Source: Candidatus Omnitrophota bacterium (GTDB lineage: Bacteria; Omnitrophota; Gorgyraeia; Zapsychrales; JAHFFX01). From it: 64,000 nt of DNA. Both the position numbers and the translations under genes were made by a program. Where the stretch lies: the NCBI GenBank assembly GCA_023247725.1, contig JAHFFW010000003.1, positions 704 to 64,703 of the forward strand, given 5' to 3'. The notes under the pieces are model-generated. The model saw nothing but the letters and a program-made list of their open reading frames with translations. It ran no database searches and had not been told where the DNA came from. This document shows, one piece after another, positions 48,415 through 59,262 of the stretch; position 1 is the stretch's first letter, and the number at the start of each line of letters is the position of its first letter.

Positions 48415-48525
48415 GATTCGAAAATACCCGCGACATCTTCGCCGCCGGAGCGCTGGCGGCTGCAAAATTCTTAGCCAAGAAAAAACGGCCTCTTTAGCCT
48501 GGAAAAAGTCCTTAGTGAAAATTAA
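48415..48525 (+). pseudogene. Decayed duplicate of the dapB 3' end (about 75% nt identity, frameshifted)
   Basis: Reads ENTRDIFAAGALAAAKFLAKKKRPL*, versus the dapB C terminus TRDIFAAGALVAAKFLAKKSKGLFTMEDVLG. Confidence 0.55.
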
Positions 48526-48673
48526 TCCAAATAAAATCGAGGGAATATCGTTAAACCAGTCGAAGAAATACTTTTTATGGTATGGGGGAGTTTCCAATCC
48601 CCATTAGACAGTTGAATAAATTTTCGTCTGCCCCAATTCCATCCATCAAAAAAAAGAGGCCATTCACCGATAC

Positions 48674-49084
48674 GTGGTCTCGGGCTTTTATACGGTCTGC
48701 ATCTTGGGAGGGTTCTATTTCACTGCAATGGTGGTCGCCTTTGGGTTGCAGACGACTCAATGGCAAGAATGCCCAGGAGAAATCCAAGGGGTCGAATACA
48801 TTCAGAGCGTCCCCACTTCCCTTTTTCCTCCCTACTATGAAGTGCTATACCGATACAACGTAGATGGAAAAAGTTACGATGGCAGCGAAGGTGAAAGTGT
48901 CTTTCACATGAAGTCACATTATTCTCCCGGACAAACTGTAAAAGTTTATTACAATCCGAAGGAATATTTTATGTCGGTATTGACTCCGGGCATTGATGTG
49001 GGGCTCGCTTTGCTGGGAATATTCTTTTCCTTTATTGCCTATCTTGTTTTTATGATGAAACGAAAGAAATTTCGTTATCCATAA
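48674..49084 (+). CDS. DUF3592-like small membrane protein
   Basis: Two terminal TM helices around a YRYNVDGKSYDGSEG...VKVYYNPKEY core. Confidence 0.5.
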   Translation: MVSGFYTVCILGGFYFTAMVVAFGLQTTQWQECPGEIQGVEYIQSVPTSLFPPYYEVLYRYNVDGKSYDGSEGESVFHMKSHYSPGQTVKVYYNPKEYFMSVLTPGIDVGLALLGIFFSFIAYLVFMMKRKKFRYP

Positions 49085-49107
49085 ATACTCATTAGAAAGG
49101 GCCTTGT

Positions 49108-50274
49108 ATGCCGAGCCATATTGATTTTTCTGATCGACTAAAGCAATTGCCGCCGTATCTTTTTGTGGAAATCGACAAGGCGAAAAGGGCGGCCCGTGCC
49201 GCTGGCCGGGATATCATTGACTTGGGAATCGGCGACCCGGACACTGGCACGGCGCAACCCATCATCGACGCCCTCAAAGAGGCCGCTCAGAACCCGGCGA
49301 ATCATCATTACGCACTTGATGCCGGAATGCCAGCGCTGCGTCAGGCCATCTCGTTTTGGTTCTCCAAACGCTTTTCTGTTAACCTTGATCCTGACACAGA
49401 AATTTATCCCCTCATCGGCTCGAAAGAAGGGCTTTCGCATTTGCCCTTAGGCGTCATCAATCCCAAAGATAAAGTCATTGTCCCTGATCCGTGCTATCCA
49501 GGGTATTTGGGTGCTGTGATCTTTGCCGGCGGAAGGCTGGTCCGGCTTCCTTTAAAAGAACGCAGCGGTTTTTTGCCGGATCTGGATAAAATCAAAGACC
49601 TCAAAGACATCAAGCTCATGTACCTCAATTATCCGAATAACCCGACGGCAGCGGTCGCGCCCAAGAATTACTTGGAACAATTGGTGCAGATCGCCCGTGA
49701 TCGCGGAATTATTCTGGTTTCGGATCTGGCTTATTCTGAAATCTATTTCGATAATGAAAAACCTTCGAGTGTTCTGGAAGTGGAGGGGGCCAAAGAAATC
49801 GCCATTGAGTTTCATTCCTTTTCGAAAACTTTTTCGATGACCGGCTGGCGCATCGGATGGGCCTGCGGAAATCCCGAACTCGTGAAGGCTCTGGCCAAAG
49901 TCAAATCGAATATCGACTCTGGAATCTTCCAGGCGATTCAGATTGCCGGAATCACGGCCCTGCAAATGCCCGAAGAAAAAATCGAACGCCTGCGGGCCAT
50001 GTACCAGGAACGTCGCGACTACCTCATTCATGGTCTGCGCAGCCTCGACTGGAAAATCCCGCCTCCGAAGGCAACGTTCTATGTTTGGGGAAAAATCCCC
50101 AAAAAGTTTCCGGATTCCATGACCGCGGCCAAATTTTTTTTGGAAGAAGCCAACATCGTTGCCACGCCGGGTGTCGGTTTCGGAGAACAGGGAGAAGGCT
50201 ACATCCGGATGACGATCACGGTGCCCAAAGAGCGCATCAACGAAGCCGTTGAACGCCTGCGAAAGGTCCTCTAA
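49108..50274 (+). CDS. dapL: LL-diaminopimelate aminotransferase DapL
   Basis: LPPYLF, IDLGIGDPD and GMPALRQAI motifs of DapL in a class I aminotransferase; sits inside the dap cluster. Confidence 0.8.
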   Translation: MPSHIDFSDRLKQLPPYLFVEIDKAKRAARAAGRDIIDLGIGDPDTGTAQPIIDALKEAAQNPANHHYALDAGMPALRQAISFWFSKRFSVNLDPDTEIYPLIGSKEGLSHLPLGVINPKDKVIVPDPCYPGYLGAVIFAGGRLVRLPLKERSGFLPDLDKIKDLKDIKLMYLNYPNNPTAAVAPKNYLEQLVQIARDRGIILVSDLAYSEIYFDNEKPSSVLEVEGAKEIAIEFHSFSKTFSMTGWRIGWACGNPELVKALAKVKSNIDSGIFQAIQIAGITALQMPEEKIERLRAMYQERRDYLIHGLRSLDWKIPPPKATFYVWGKIPKKFPDSMTAAKFFLEEANIVATPGVGFGEQGEGYIRMTITVPKERINEAVERLRKVL

Positions 50275-50712
50275 TTGGCCATCGTTTATCTCGGTTTGGG
50301 ATCCAACCTCGGGAACCGAAAAGAATTTATTTCTCGCGCCCTTCAAGAATTAAGCGCCTCCGGCATACAGATCGAAAAGGTTTCGCGGACAATCGAAACC
50401 AAACCCGAGGGTGGATTCCAACAACGCGATTATTTCAATGCCGTCCTGCAGGCGCACACCATCCTTTCTCCAACCGAATTATTCCGACGAATCAAAGACA
50501 TCGAAAGAAAACTTGGACGCAAGAGGACCTTCGTCAATGCACCCAGGCCCATTGATATCGATATCCTTTTGTATGATCGAATTCACTGGCGCAGTCCGCA
50601 AATGACGATCCCTCATCCCCGAATGTGGACTCGCGATTTTGTGATGATCCCTCTCAAGGAAATTGCCCCAGATTTTGTCCGGGAATTACAGGATGAAAAT
50701 CATTCGTCATAG
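50275..50712 (+). CDS. folK: 6-hydroxymethyl-7,8-dihydropterin pyrophosphokinase FolK (TTG start)
   Basis: AIVYLGLGSNLGNR and RPIDIDILLYD HPPK motifs. Confidence 0.85.
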   Translation: MAIVYLGLGSNLGNRKEFISRALQELSASGIQIEKVSRTIETKPEGGFQQRDYFNAVLQAHTILSPTELFRRIKDIERKLGRKRTFVNAPRPIDIDILLYDRIHWRSPQMTIPHPRMWTRDFVMIPLKEIAPDFVRELQDENHSS

Positions 50713-51538
50713 CCAACACATGCAGTCCGCGATCTCGGCGCTCAAGTTCAAAGGAAAATCGATCGGCTTTGTTCCAACGATGGGCTGCCTTCATGCCGGA
50801 CATGCATCGCTTTTAAAAAAATGCCGCAAGGAGAATGATGTCTCGGTCCTCAGTATCTTTGTCAATCCCAGACAGTTCAGTCCGCAGGAGGATTTTAAGC
50901 GTTACCCGCGCACCTTCAAAAAAGATGAAAACTTTGCAAAAAAAGAAAAAGTTGATATAATCTTTCATCCGTCGGTCGACGATATGTATCCATTGGGTTT
51001 TCTGACCTCCGTAGAGATTCGGAATCTATCGGAACAGCTTTGCGGACGTTTTCGCCCGGGACATTTTCAAGGAGTGACGACCGTCGTCGCCAAATTGCTC
51101 AACATCGTTTCTCCCCATGTGCTGTACCTGGGCCAAAAAGATGCGCAGCAGGCGATGGTGATTCAAACGATGGTGAAGGATCTGAATTTTCCAACTCACG
51201 TGAAAGTATTACCCACCATCCGGGAACACGACGGATTGGCTTTAAGTTCTCGAAATATTTATTTGAGTCCGGAGGAAAGGGTCGCCGCTCGGGTTCTTTA
51301 TCAGGCCCTGCTTGCGGCTAAAAACCAAATCCGCAATGGCGAATACAAGCCCCACAGAATTATCCAAAAGATGCGATCCATGATTTTGGCAAAAACATCG
51401 GGACCGGTGGATTATATTGAGTTAGTCGATGCTTCCACCCTGAAGAAACTCAAAACACTGCAAGGAAATGTTTTGATCGCTCTAGCGGTTTGGTTCGGTC
51501 GAGCCCGGCTCATTGATAATATCACGATCCGCATCTGA
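50693..51538 (+). CDS. panC: Pantoate--beta-alanine ligase PanC
   Basis: MKIIRHS...GKSIGFVPTMGCLHAGH HIGH-like motif. Confidence 0.9.
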   Translation: MKIIRHSQHMQSAISALKFKGKSIGFVPTMGCLHAGHASLLKKCRKENDVSVLSIFVNPRQFSPQEDFKRYPRTFKKDENFAKKEKVDIIFHPSVDDMYPLGFLTSVEIRNLSEQLCGRFRPGHFQGVTTVVAKLLNIVSPHVLYLGQKDAQQAMVIQTMVKDLNFPTHVKVLPTIREHDGLALSSRNIYLSPEERVAARVLYQALLAAKNQIRNGEYKPHRIIQKMRSMILAKTSGPVDYIELVDASTLKKLKTLQGNVLIALAVWFGRARLIDNITIRI

Positions 51539-51561
51539 TGCCTTCCCACCGAAAAAAAAGG

Positions 51562-52362
51562 ATGGGAATTATTGGTTGTGGAGCCATCGGATCAAGAATC
51601 GCGAAAACGATTAGTCAGGATCTGGCGAAAGATTGTTCCTTAACCGCGCTCTACGATATTGATCTGGCTAAGTCCCGGGCCTTGGCCAAACATCTGCGGA
51701 ATCTTGATCTGGTCAAGTCTTCTTTGAAAGAACTGCTGTGCGTCGCGGATTTCGTGGTCGAGGCCGTGGCCTCGAAGGAGACCGCCGCGATCATTCGAAC
51801 TGTCCTCGAAGCCAAAAAAGATATTTTAATCATGAGTGTAGGACAACTTCTGTTGGCGGAAGACCTTTTTCAACTGGCAGATCAAAACAAATGCAGTGTC
51901 TTGATTCCTTCGGGCGCCATTGCGGGTCTCGATGCGATCAAGGCCGCTGTTTGTGCAGGCATTGAAAAAATAACTCTAACCACGCGAAAACCTCCCTCGG
52001 GATTTTCCGATAACCCTTATGTCAAAAACCAGGGGATCAATCTTGACGATTTGCATGAAGAAACGACGCTCTTTGAAGGAACGGTGAAACAGGCGCTGCA
52101 CCATTTTCCTAAGAATATCAACGTTGCCGCAACCCTGGCTTTAGCGGGCGACTGCAGCGATTCTTTGCAAGTCCGGATTATCACATCGCCGCACGTTCGG
52201 ACCAATTCCCACGAAATTGAGGCGATCGGCGAATTTGGCCGGATCAGCACCAAGACGGATAACGCCGTCTGTCCGGATAATCCCAAAACCAGTTATCTGG
52301 CGGTTCTCTCAGCGATTGTCACGCTCAAAGAGTATCTTCGAGGAGTCAAGATCGGAACTTAA
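51562..52362 (+). CDS. nadX: L-aspartate dehydrogenase NadX
   Basis: MGIIGCGAIG start, then SGAIAGLDAIKAA ... NINVAATLALAG ... DNPKTSYLAVLS, which aligns with Thermotoga NadX. Confidence 0.8.
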   Translation: MGIIGCGAIGSRIAKTISQDLAKDCSLTALYDIDLAKSRALAKHLRNLDLVKSSLKELLCVADFVVEAVASKETAAIIRTVLEAKKDILIMSVGQLLLAEDLFQLADQNKCSVLIPSGAIAGLDAIKAAVCAGIEKITLTTRKPPSGFSDNPYVKNQGINLDDLHEETTLFEGTVKQALHHFPKNINVAATLALAGDCSDSLQVRIITSPHVRTNSHEIEAIGEFGRISTKTDNAVCPDNPKTSYLAVLSAIVTLKEYLRGVKIGT

Positions 52363-52390
52363 AATACCCAAGGGAGGGAGGTGAACAACG

Positions 52391-52642
52391 ATGGCCCAAA
52401 AAGTCGCTAAGGTTGGAGTCAAAAAGGAAAAGGGGTTCCTGTACTTTGTCGACCGGCAAGGGGACGTCTCCTGCGCAAAAATGGCGCGCGGCAACAAAAA
52501 AGGCGGCGCCCCCAAAAAAGTCGCTAAAGTCGGTGTCAAGAAACAAGACGGATATCTGTACTTTCTTGACAAACAGGGTGATATTTCCTGCGCAAAATTA
52601 ATCCGCGGAGGAAAGAAAAAGAAATCGGCAAAAAGAAAATAA
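52391..52642 (+). CDS. Small basic protein (83 aa) made of two tandem copies of a 36-aa repeat: KVAKVGVKK..G(F/Y)LYF(V/L)D(R/K)QGD(V/I)SCAK
   Basis: Strong RBS GGAGGGAGG. Two half-length repeats visible at nt and aa level; Lys-rich tail. Confidence 0.55.
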   Translation: MAQKVAKVGVKKEKGFLYFVDRQGDVSCAKMARGNKKGGAPKKVAKVGVKKQDGYLYFLDKQGDISCAKLIRGGKKKKSAKRK

Positions 52643-52812
52643 ACCTCCTGTCATCAGGAGAATAATCGGCATCATAACCTTTTGCACCTCCCGGCCTGTC
52701 CCATTGCCACAGGACGGGGGGTGTGATAGGCTTTGTATTCTTCGATTGTTCCTGCTTTCCTTCTGCCGTATTCCCCACCCTGAGCTCACCATTGAAATCA
52801 AAGGCTGCTCCC

Positions 52813-55653
52813 ATGCAAAATAATTTCATCACCATCCGTGGTGCCAAAGAACACAATTTAAAGAATATTGACCTCAAGATTCCCCGCAATCAGCTGGTCG
52901 TCGTGACCGGTTTGAGCGGTTCAGGAAAATCATCGTTGGCCTTCGATACCATTTACGCCGAAGGCCAGCGCCGGTATGTCGAAAGTCTTTCGGCCTATGC
53001 CCGGCAATTCCTGGAACAACTGCAGAAACCCGACGTGGAAGCAATTGAAGGGCTGTCTCCGACCATCTCCATTGAACAAAAAACCACCAGCCGCAATCCG
53101 CGTTCTACGGTCGCGACCCAAACAGAGATTTATGACTATTTGCGTTTGCTGTTCGCCCGTATTGGAACGCCTCACTGTTATCAATGCGGCAAGAAAATTG
53201 AACGCCAAACCGTTCCCGAGATTGCCGGACAAATTCTTAAACTAGAACCGGGAACCGCCATTAATATCCTTGCACCGTTGGTGCGCGGCCGCAAAGGCGA
53301 ATATCGGCAAATCCCCAAACAGGTCGCGCAGGCCGGCTTTGTCCGGATTCGGGTCGATGGAAAAATTCGCGATATCCAGCCGCCTTTGGTTTTGGATAAA
53401 TTCAAGATTCACCATATTGAAGTTGTGGTTGATCGCTTGACCGTTAGACCGGAAATCCGCAAGCGCCTGACGGATTCGATTGAAACGGCCTTGCAGACCG
53501 GCGATGGTTTGGTGATGGTCGATTTTAACGGACAGGCCCCCGATCGCATCTTCAGCGAAAAATATGCCTGCGTTGATTGCGGGATCAGCATCGTCGAGAT
53601 CGAACCGCGGATTTTTTCTTTCAATTCCCCTTATGGCGCGTGTCCGACGTGCAACGGGCTCGGAACCAAAATGGAGATTGATCCGGAACTCATTGTTCCG
53701 GATCCCGCAAAACCGTGGGTTCAGGCCGTTGTGCCCTGGCACAAAGGCGGACGCGGATTTATGTTTTATTATCGCGCGGTTTTTCGCGAGATTGCGCAAC
53801 GCTATGGCGTTCAATCGGACAGCCCTTATCAAAATTTAAACAAACGTTTTAAAAATATCATCCTTTATGGATCCCATGATGTCATTTGGGGCAGACAATT
53901 TGAAGGCGTCCTGGCTTACCTGGAACGTTTATTTAGAGAAACCGATAACGAATGGCTCAAAGATGAACTTGCCAGATTCATGTCGGTTTTGCCTTGTCCT
54001 GACTGTACGGGTCAGCGGTTAAAAAAAGAATCCCTGGCGGTCAAGATCGCGGATAAGGATATTGCGGAGGTGACCGCCCTTCCCATCAAAGAGGCCAAAC
54101 AATTTTTCCAGACACTGTCCTTGAGCCGTGATCAGCAAACCATTAGCGTTCCCATCTTAAAAGAGATTTGCCGACGTTTGGACTTCTGCATCAATGTCGG
54201 ATTGGAATATCTCACCTTAGACCGGCGCAGCGCCACCCTTTCCGGCGGGGAAGCCGAACGCATTCGCCTGGCAACGCAAGTGGGTTCCGGATTGGTGGGC
54301 GTCATTTATATCCTGGACGAACCCAGCATTGGTTTGCACCAAAAAGATAATGAACGGCTTTTGTCGACACTGCAGTCCTTACGGGATTTAGGGAACAGTC
54401 TCATTGTGGTCGAGCATGATGAGGCCACCATTCGGGCCGCGGATTTCATTATTGATCTAGGCCCCGGAGCCGGGGAATACGGCGGGGAAATCATTTATGC
54501 CGGGGACATCCCGGGGCTGTTACGATCGCCCGATTCTTTAACCGGCCAATATCTGCGCGGACAATTGCGGATTCCGATACCCGACAAAAGACGAGAAACC
54601 CTCAAAACCCCTCAGTTAAAAATCTGGGGAGCTAAAGAACATAATCTAAAAAACATTGATGTCATTCTGCCTTTAGGCGCCTTTATCGCCATCACCGGCG
54701 TTTCCGGGTCCGGAAAATCCACTCTGGTCGATGACATCCTTTATAAAGCCCTCGCGCAAAAAATCTATCGTTCAAAAGAAAAGCCCGGCGAATTCAAAAA
54801 AATCGAAGGAGTCGAACAGCTCGATAAGGTGATTGTCGTTGATCAATCGCCGATTGGCCGCACACCCCGTTCGAATCCGGCCACCTACACCGGTCTTTTT
54901 AGTCCCATCCGCGACTTATTCAGCCAATTGCCCGAAGCTAAACTGCGCGGCTATAAACCCGGCCGCTTTAGTTTCAATGTCAAGGGCGGCCGCTGCGAGG
55001 CCTGCTCCGGAGACGGGATTAAAAAAATCGAAATGCATTTTCTTCCCGATGTCTATGTCGAGTGCGAGGTCTGTCACGGTCAGCGCTTCACCGAACAAAC
55101 GCTCGATATCCAGTATAAGGGAAAGACGATCGCGCAAGTTCTCAATCTTGCCGTGGATGAGGCCATGACTGTTTTTGAAAATATCCCCCGCATCAAAAAT
55201 ATTTTGCAGACCTTGCACGACGTGGGACTAGGCTACATCAAGTTGGGTCAATCAGCGACGACCCTTTCCGGCGGAGAAGCCCAACGCGTCAAACTCGCGA
55301 GCGAACTGTGCAAAACCGCCACCGGCCGGACGCTTTATATCCTGGATGAACCCACGACGGGCCTGCATTTTGCCGATGTGGAAAAACTTCTGGGGGTTTT
55401 GCAGCGTTTGGTCGACCGGGGCAATACGGTGCTCGTCATTGAGCACAACTTGGAAGTCATTAAGAACGCGGATTATATTGTCGACTTGGGACCGGAGGGA
55501 GGGGACCGGGGAGGGCAGATCATCTTTGCCGGCACGCCGGAAGACATCATCAAAGAAAAGTCGTCTCACACCGGACGCTATCTCAAGGATATACTTTTAC
55601 CGCCGCAAAAAACGCGCGTGGGCCAAATCTCAAGCGTTGGAATTTCGTCGTGA
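52813..55653 (+). CDS. uvrA: Excinuclease ABC subunit A UvrA
   Basis: [16 protein letters not shown] start, two ABC modules with Walker [10 protein letters not shown] and GVSGSGKST and the zinc-finger Cys clusters. Confidence 0.95.
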   Translation: MQNNFITIRGAKEHNLKNIDLKIPRNQLVVVTGLSGSGKSSLAFDTIYAEGQRRYVESLSAYARQFLEQLQKPDVEAIEGLSPTISIEQKTTSRNPRSTVATQTEIYDYLRLLFARIGTPHCYQCGKKIERQTVPEIAGQILKLEPGTAINILAPLVRGRKGEYRQIPKQVAQAGFVRIRVDGKIRDIQPPLVLDKFKIHHIEVVVDRLTVRPEIRKRLTDSIETALQTGDGLVMVDFNGQAPDRIFSEKYACVDCGISIVEIEPRIFSFNSPYGACPTCNGLGTKMEIDPELIVPDPAKPWVQAVVPWHKGGRGFMFYYRAVFREIAQRYGVQSDSPYQNLNKRFKNIILYGSHDVIWGRQFEGVLAYLERLFRETDNEWLKDELARFMSVLPCPDCTGQRLKKESLAVKIADKDIAEVTALPIKEAKQFFQTLSLSRDQQTISVPILKEICRRLDFCINVGLEYLTLDRRSATLSGGEAERIRLATQVGSGLVGVIYILDEPSIGLHQKDNERLLSTLQSLRDLGNSLIVVEHDEATIRAADFIIDLGPGAGEYGGEIIYAGDIPGLLRSPDSLTGQYLRGQLRIPIPDKRRETLKTPQLKIWGAKEHNLKNIDVILPLGAFIAITGVSGSGKSTLVDDILYKALAQKIYRSKEKPGEFKKIEGVEQLDKVIVVDQSPIGRTPRSNPATYTGLFSPIRDLFSQLPEAKLRGYKPGRFSFNVKGGRCEACSGDGIKKIEMHFLPDVYVECEVCHGQRFTEQTLDIQYKGKTIAQVLNLAVDEAMTVFENIPRIKNILQTLHDVGLGYIKLGQSATTLSGGEAQRVKLASELCKTATGRTLYILDEPTTGLHFADVEKLLGVLQRLVDRGNTVLVIEHNLEVIKNADYIVDLGPEGGDRGGQIIFAGTPEDIIKEKSSHTGRYLKDILLPPQKTRVGQISSVGISS

Positions 55654-58172
55654 GGCCTGTTATAATGACTCCCATGTTTTTACAATTGCTTTTACGAATG
55701 CGGCTGGTCGTCTTTTTGCTGACCGGATTGATCACTTTGAGCTATTTACCCAAAAAAGTTGCGGCTCAAGAAGACGAAAAGGAATTGTTTCTCATCGCCC
55801 AAAGGGCTTTCGACGACGGATTTTATGATGTCGCCATCCGCTATATCGAACAATTTTTACAAAAATATCCGCAAACTGAGAAACGCGTTCAGGCCAATCT
55901 CCTCTTAGGCCAATGCTATTTTTTTAAAAATCAGTATCTGAAGGCGTTCAATATCTTTCAATCGCTCGCTGGCAGTTCCGAGTTCAAAGATGCGATCCTG
56001 TTCTGGCTGGGCGAGACCTACCTTAAAGGATCCGATTACTCCCAGGCCGAAAAACAATACAAACAGGTCATTGAACTTTTCCCCAATTCTCCGTATGCTC
56101 CACAGGCTTTTTATTCGCTCGCCTGGACACATTTCGAACAAAAAGATTACAAAAGGGCGCAAGAGCACTTTAAACAGCTCACCAAAAAATTTCCTCTGCA
56201 CCAATTGACCGAAGACGGCTTTTTTAAATCGGGCGAATGCGAATACAATCTGCGGCAATATGAGAATGCCATTGAAGAGTTTCAAAATTACATCATCAAA
56301 TATCCCAAATCCAACCGGCGTGACCAGGCCTATTTTTATATTGCCGAGTCTTTTTACTATTTAAATGAATATTCTGATGCCATTGATTATTACGGCAAAA
56401 CCGTAGCGATATCGACGGATGCCAAATTAACCGTCATGGCGAACGTGAGCCTGGGCTGGAGCTATTTAAAACAGAAACAATTTGACGCTGCCCAAAAGGC
56501 TTTCTTGGCGGCGCAGCAGTTGGCGGATGAAAAAAATATCCTCTCCGATGACATCTTTCTAGGGGAAGCGAGCCTTTATACCGAAATGGGCGAACACGCC
56601 AAGGCGCTCGCGGCTTACAGTCGGTTGATCCAAGATTTTCCCAAAAGCCCGCGGCTTATTGAAGCATTCTTGGGAAAGGCCAATATCCAGTATCTGCTCA
56701 AGGATTATCCGGCTTCCATCGAAACCTATCAGAATCTGATCAACAAATATGCGGAATCCGCCGACAATAAAGAGATCATTGAAAAAGCCTACTTTGGTCT
56801 GGCCTGGGCCTTTTTGAAAAAGGGCGATATCGATGCGGCCATCAGCAATTTCGAACATATCAAATCGCAGACGGAAAATAAGACCGTCAAGATTAGCGCG
56901 CTCACTCAAATCGGCGATGCGTACCAGGATGCCGGCAAACTGGATAAGGCCCTGGATATTTATGATCAGATCCTGCGCGATTATCCCGACAGCCTCTACA
57001 GCGATTATGTGCAATACCGACAAGGAATCGCCCTGCTTAAGATGAACAAACTGGACGCTGCCGCACTTTCCTTACAGACGTTAGCAGCCAATTTTCCCAA
57101 AAGCAAGCTGATCACCGACAGCAAATACTATCTGGGTGTTGCCTATTTTAAAAAGAATGACTGGCCCCGGGCCAAAGAACTCATCGAAAATTTTTTGAAA
57201 GAGGCCCCGAAGAATTCCGATTTTCTGCCCGAAGCCAACTATATCCTGGCCTTGTCCTTTTTTAACCTCAACGACCCGGCCAATGCGATGAAAACCTTTG
57301 ATAAAATCCTGAAGCTCTATGCGGACGATGAGAATCTTGTGCATCAGTGTGAACTGGGGATGGCCAAATCCCTTTATCAACTCGGCGATGCCAAAGAGGC
57401 CATCAAAAAATTCAAACTCATCCTCTATAAATATCCGCAGACCGAGACCGCCCTCAATGCCATGATGTGGCTGGGGGATTACTATCTGGAAAATTCTGAA
57501 TTCGACAACGCCTTAGAATTTTACCAACAGATTCTGACCAATTTCCCCCACCATAAACAAATTCCGCTCCTCCATTATAAAATCGGCCAGGCGCATCAGG
57601 CCAAAGGAAATCTGGATAAGGCGATCAATGCCTACAAACTCATCGACGATCCTAAAGATAAAGAATTGTATGCCAAGGCCAAGCTCGCCATCGCGGAGAT
57701 TTTTTCCAAAGAAATGGACCTCGATACCGCCATCACCACGTATCGCAATATCGCCGCCAATTGTCCGGAAATGAAACGCGATGCATTGCTAAAAATTGCC
57801 GAAGCGAACAACCTCGAGCATAAATATGAGGAATCCTTGCAGACCCTCAATGAGGCCTTGAGGGCTGACCCGGGCTTGAGTGAATTGACGAATGCAGAAT
57901 TGCAATTTCGCATTGGCGACCTCGAAGAGCTCCTCAATAAACCCGACGCGGCCATTGAAAATTATTTGAAAGTTCCGTATCTGTATCCCAAGGAAACAAC
58001 CTGGGTCGTTAAATCTTATCTTCGTGTCGCCCGCCTTTTCGAAGACAAAGAAGATTGGGAAAATGCCAAAAGCATCTACCAAAAAATCATTGCCTCTGGC
58101 ACCGACGAGGTCAAGTTTGCCCAGGAACGCCTGGACTGGATCCAAGCGAATACCAACAAACCGCAACTTTAG
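55650..58172 (+). CDS. Large secreted tetratricopeptide-repeat protein (840 aa)
   Basis: N-terminal signal/TM segment followed by more than 15 TPR-like repeats (BamD/YbgF-like). Start overlaps the uvrA stop. Confidence 0.7.
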   Translation: MRPVIMTPMFLQLLLRMRLVVFLLTGLITLSYLPKKVAAQEDEKELFLIAQRAFDDGFYDVAIRYIEQFLQKYPQTEKRVQANLLLGQCYFFKNQYLKAFNIFQSLAGSSEFKDAILFWLGETYLKGSDYSQAEKQYKQVIELFPNSPYAPQAFYSLAWTHFEQKDYKRAQEHFKQLTKKFPLHQLTEDGFFKSGECEYNLRQYENAIEEFQNYIIKYPKSNRRDQAYFYIAESFYYLNEYSDAIDYYGKTVAISTDAKLTVMANVSLGWSYLKQKQFDAAQKAFLAAQQLADEKNILSDDIFLGEASLYTEMGEHAKALAAYSRLIQDFPKSPRLIEAFLGKANIQYLLKDYPASIETYQNLINKYAESADNKEIIEKAYFGLAWAFLKKGDIDAAISNFEHIKSQTENKTVKISALTQIGDAYQDAGKLDKALDIYDQILRDYPDSLYSDYVQYRQGIALLKMNKLDAAALSLQTLAANFPKSKLITDSKYYLGVAYFKKNDWPRAKELIENFLKEAPKNSDFLPEANYILALSFFNLNDPANAMKTFDKILKLYADDENLVHQCELGMAKSLYQLGDAKEAIKKFKLILYKYPQTETALNAMMWLGDYYLENSEFDNALEFYQQILTNFPHHKQIPLLHYKIGQAHQAKGNLDKAINAYKLIDDPKDKELYAKAKLAIAEIFSKEMDLDTAITTYRNIAANCPEMKRDALLKIAEANNLEHKYEESLQTLNEALRADPGLSELTNAELQFRIGDLEELLNKPDAAIENYLKVPYLYPKETTWVVKSYLRVARLFEDKEDWENAKSIYQKIIASGTDEVKFAQERLDWIQANTNKPQL

Positions 58173-58180
58173 GAGGACGC

Positions 58181-58870
58181 ATGGGAACCGGACCACTGAC
58201 GGGCTGGGAAATCCTCGCACGCGGGGGCCCGCTCATGATTCCGCTGTTATTATGTTCGATTCTCACCGTGATGATCGTCGCAGAAAAATTGTGGTCTTTT
58301 GCGAAGGTGCCGCTTGATATCCATTCACTCAAAAAGGCCCTCTTCGATGATATTCGTACCAATCAGATCAAAAAAGCCATTGAACGCTGCGAAGAACACT
58401 CCTCTCCGACGGCAAAAATTCTCAAGGCCGGGATCTTGAATTTTGGAAGTGCGTTACCGCAAATCAAAGAGGCCATGGAGGCCGCCAGCCTCCAAGAAAT
58501 ACCGAAATTAGAAAAGAATCTTGGGGCGTTGCTCACCTTGGCTCATCTGGCTCCGCTTTTGGGATTCCTGGGAACGGTCACGGGCATGACGATGGTTTTT
58601 TATACGATCCAGCAGCGCGCCGAGGCCTTGAATCCATCTTCGCCCGGAGATCTGGCCGGAGGCATTTGGCAGGCCTTGCTGACGACCGTCACCGGTCTGG
58701 TTGTGGCAATCCCGGCATATCTGGCCTACAATTTTTGTGTCAGCCGTGTCCATGCGCTTGTTCTTCAAATGGAACAATCAGCGACGGAATTTGCCGCCTT
58801 TCTTTCCTCGGTGACCGAAAGCAAACAGCTCCCCAAAAGTGAAAAAGGAGATTATCCTCTTGAAATTTAA
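58181..58870 (+). CDS. exbB: MotA/TolQ/ExbB-family proton channel
   Basis: AGGAGG RBS 5 nt upstream; three TM segments with the family's conserved TM2/TM3 region (LGFLGTVTGM). Confidence 0.8.
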   Translation: MGTGPLTGWEILARGGPLMIPLLLCSILTVMIVAEKLWSFAKVPLDIHSLKKALFDDIRTNQIKKAIERCEEHSSPTAKILKAGILNFGSALPQIKEAMEAASLQEIPKLEKNLGALLTLAHLAPLLGFLGTVTGMTMVFYTIQQRAEALNPSSPGDLAGGIWQALLTTVTGLVVAIPAYLAYNFCVSRVHALVLQMEQSATEFAAFLSSVTESKQLPKSEKGDYPLEI

Positions 58871-59255
58871 ACGGCAATTCCTTCTGGAAAGGGGGATCCA
58901 ACCGATTCACCTCGTGCCGTTGGCTGACGTGCTCTTTGTTTTACTCATCTTTTTAATCTTGTCGCCCGCTTTCACCGTGCGGGAGGGAATCCCCATTGCG
59001 CTGCCGCGAACCCTCACCAGCGATGTCATTAAAGAAGAGCATAACGTCATTATGATCACCGGCGAGGACGTCGTGTATTTCAATGATCAGCCGGTTCGCC
59101 TCGAGGAATTACGCCAGCGCCTCGGCGAATCGGGGCACAAAAAGCAGCCGCTCATGATTAAAGCCGATCAACGCACCTCCATTGGACGTCTGGTAAAAAT
59201 CTGGAATCTCTGCCGCCAATTGGGGGTTGAACGGATCAAGATTGCGACGAATTAA
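58839..59255 (+). CDS. exbD: ExbD/TolR biopolymer transport protein. The TTG at 58860 with RBS AAAAAGGAG may be the true start.
   Basis: Single TM helix (LVPLADVLFVLLIFLIL) plus a periplasmic ExbD domain; 138 aa. Confidence 0.75.
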   Translation: MKKEIILLKFKRQFLLERGIQPIHLVPLADVLFVLLIFLILSPAFTVREGIPIALPRTLTSDVIKEEHNVIMITGEDVVYFNDQPVRLEELRQRLGESGHKKQPLMIKADQRTSIGRLVKIWNLCRQLGVERIKIATN

Positions 59256-59262
59256 TATCTTC

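Noticed and set aside
52413-52601. 62-aa ORF in an alternate frame of the tandem-repeat gene
   Set aside because: It overlaps the better-supported frame with its strong RBS and internal repeat structure.
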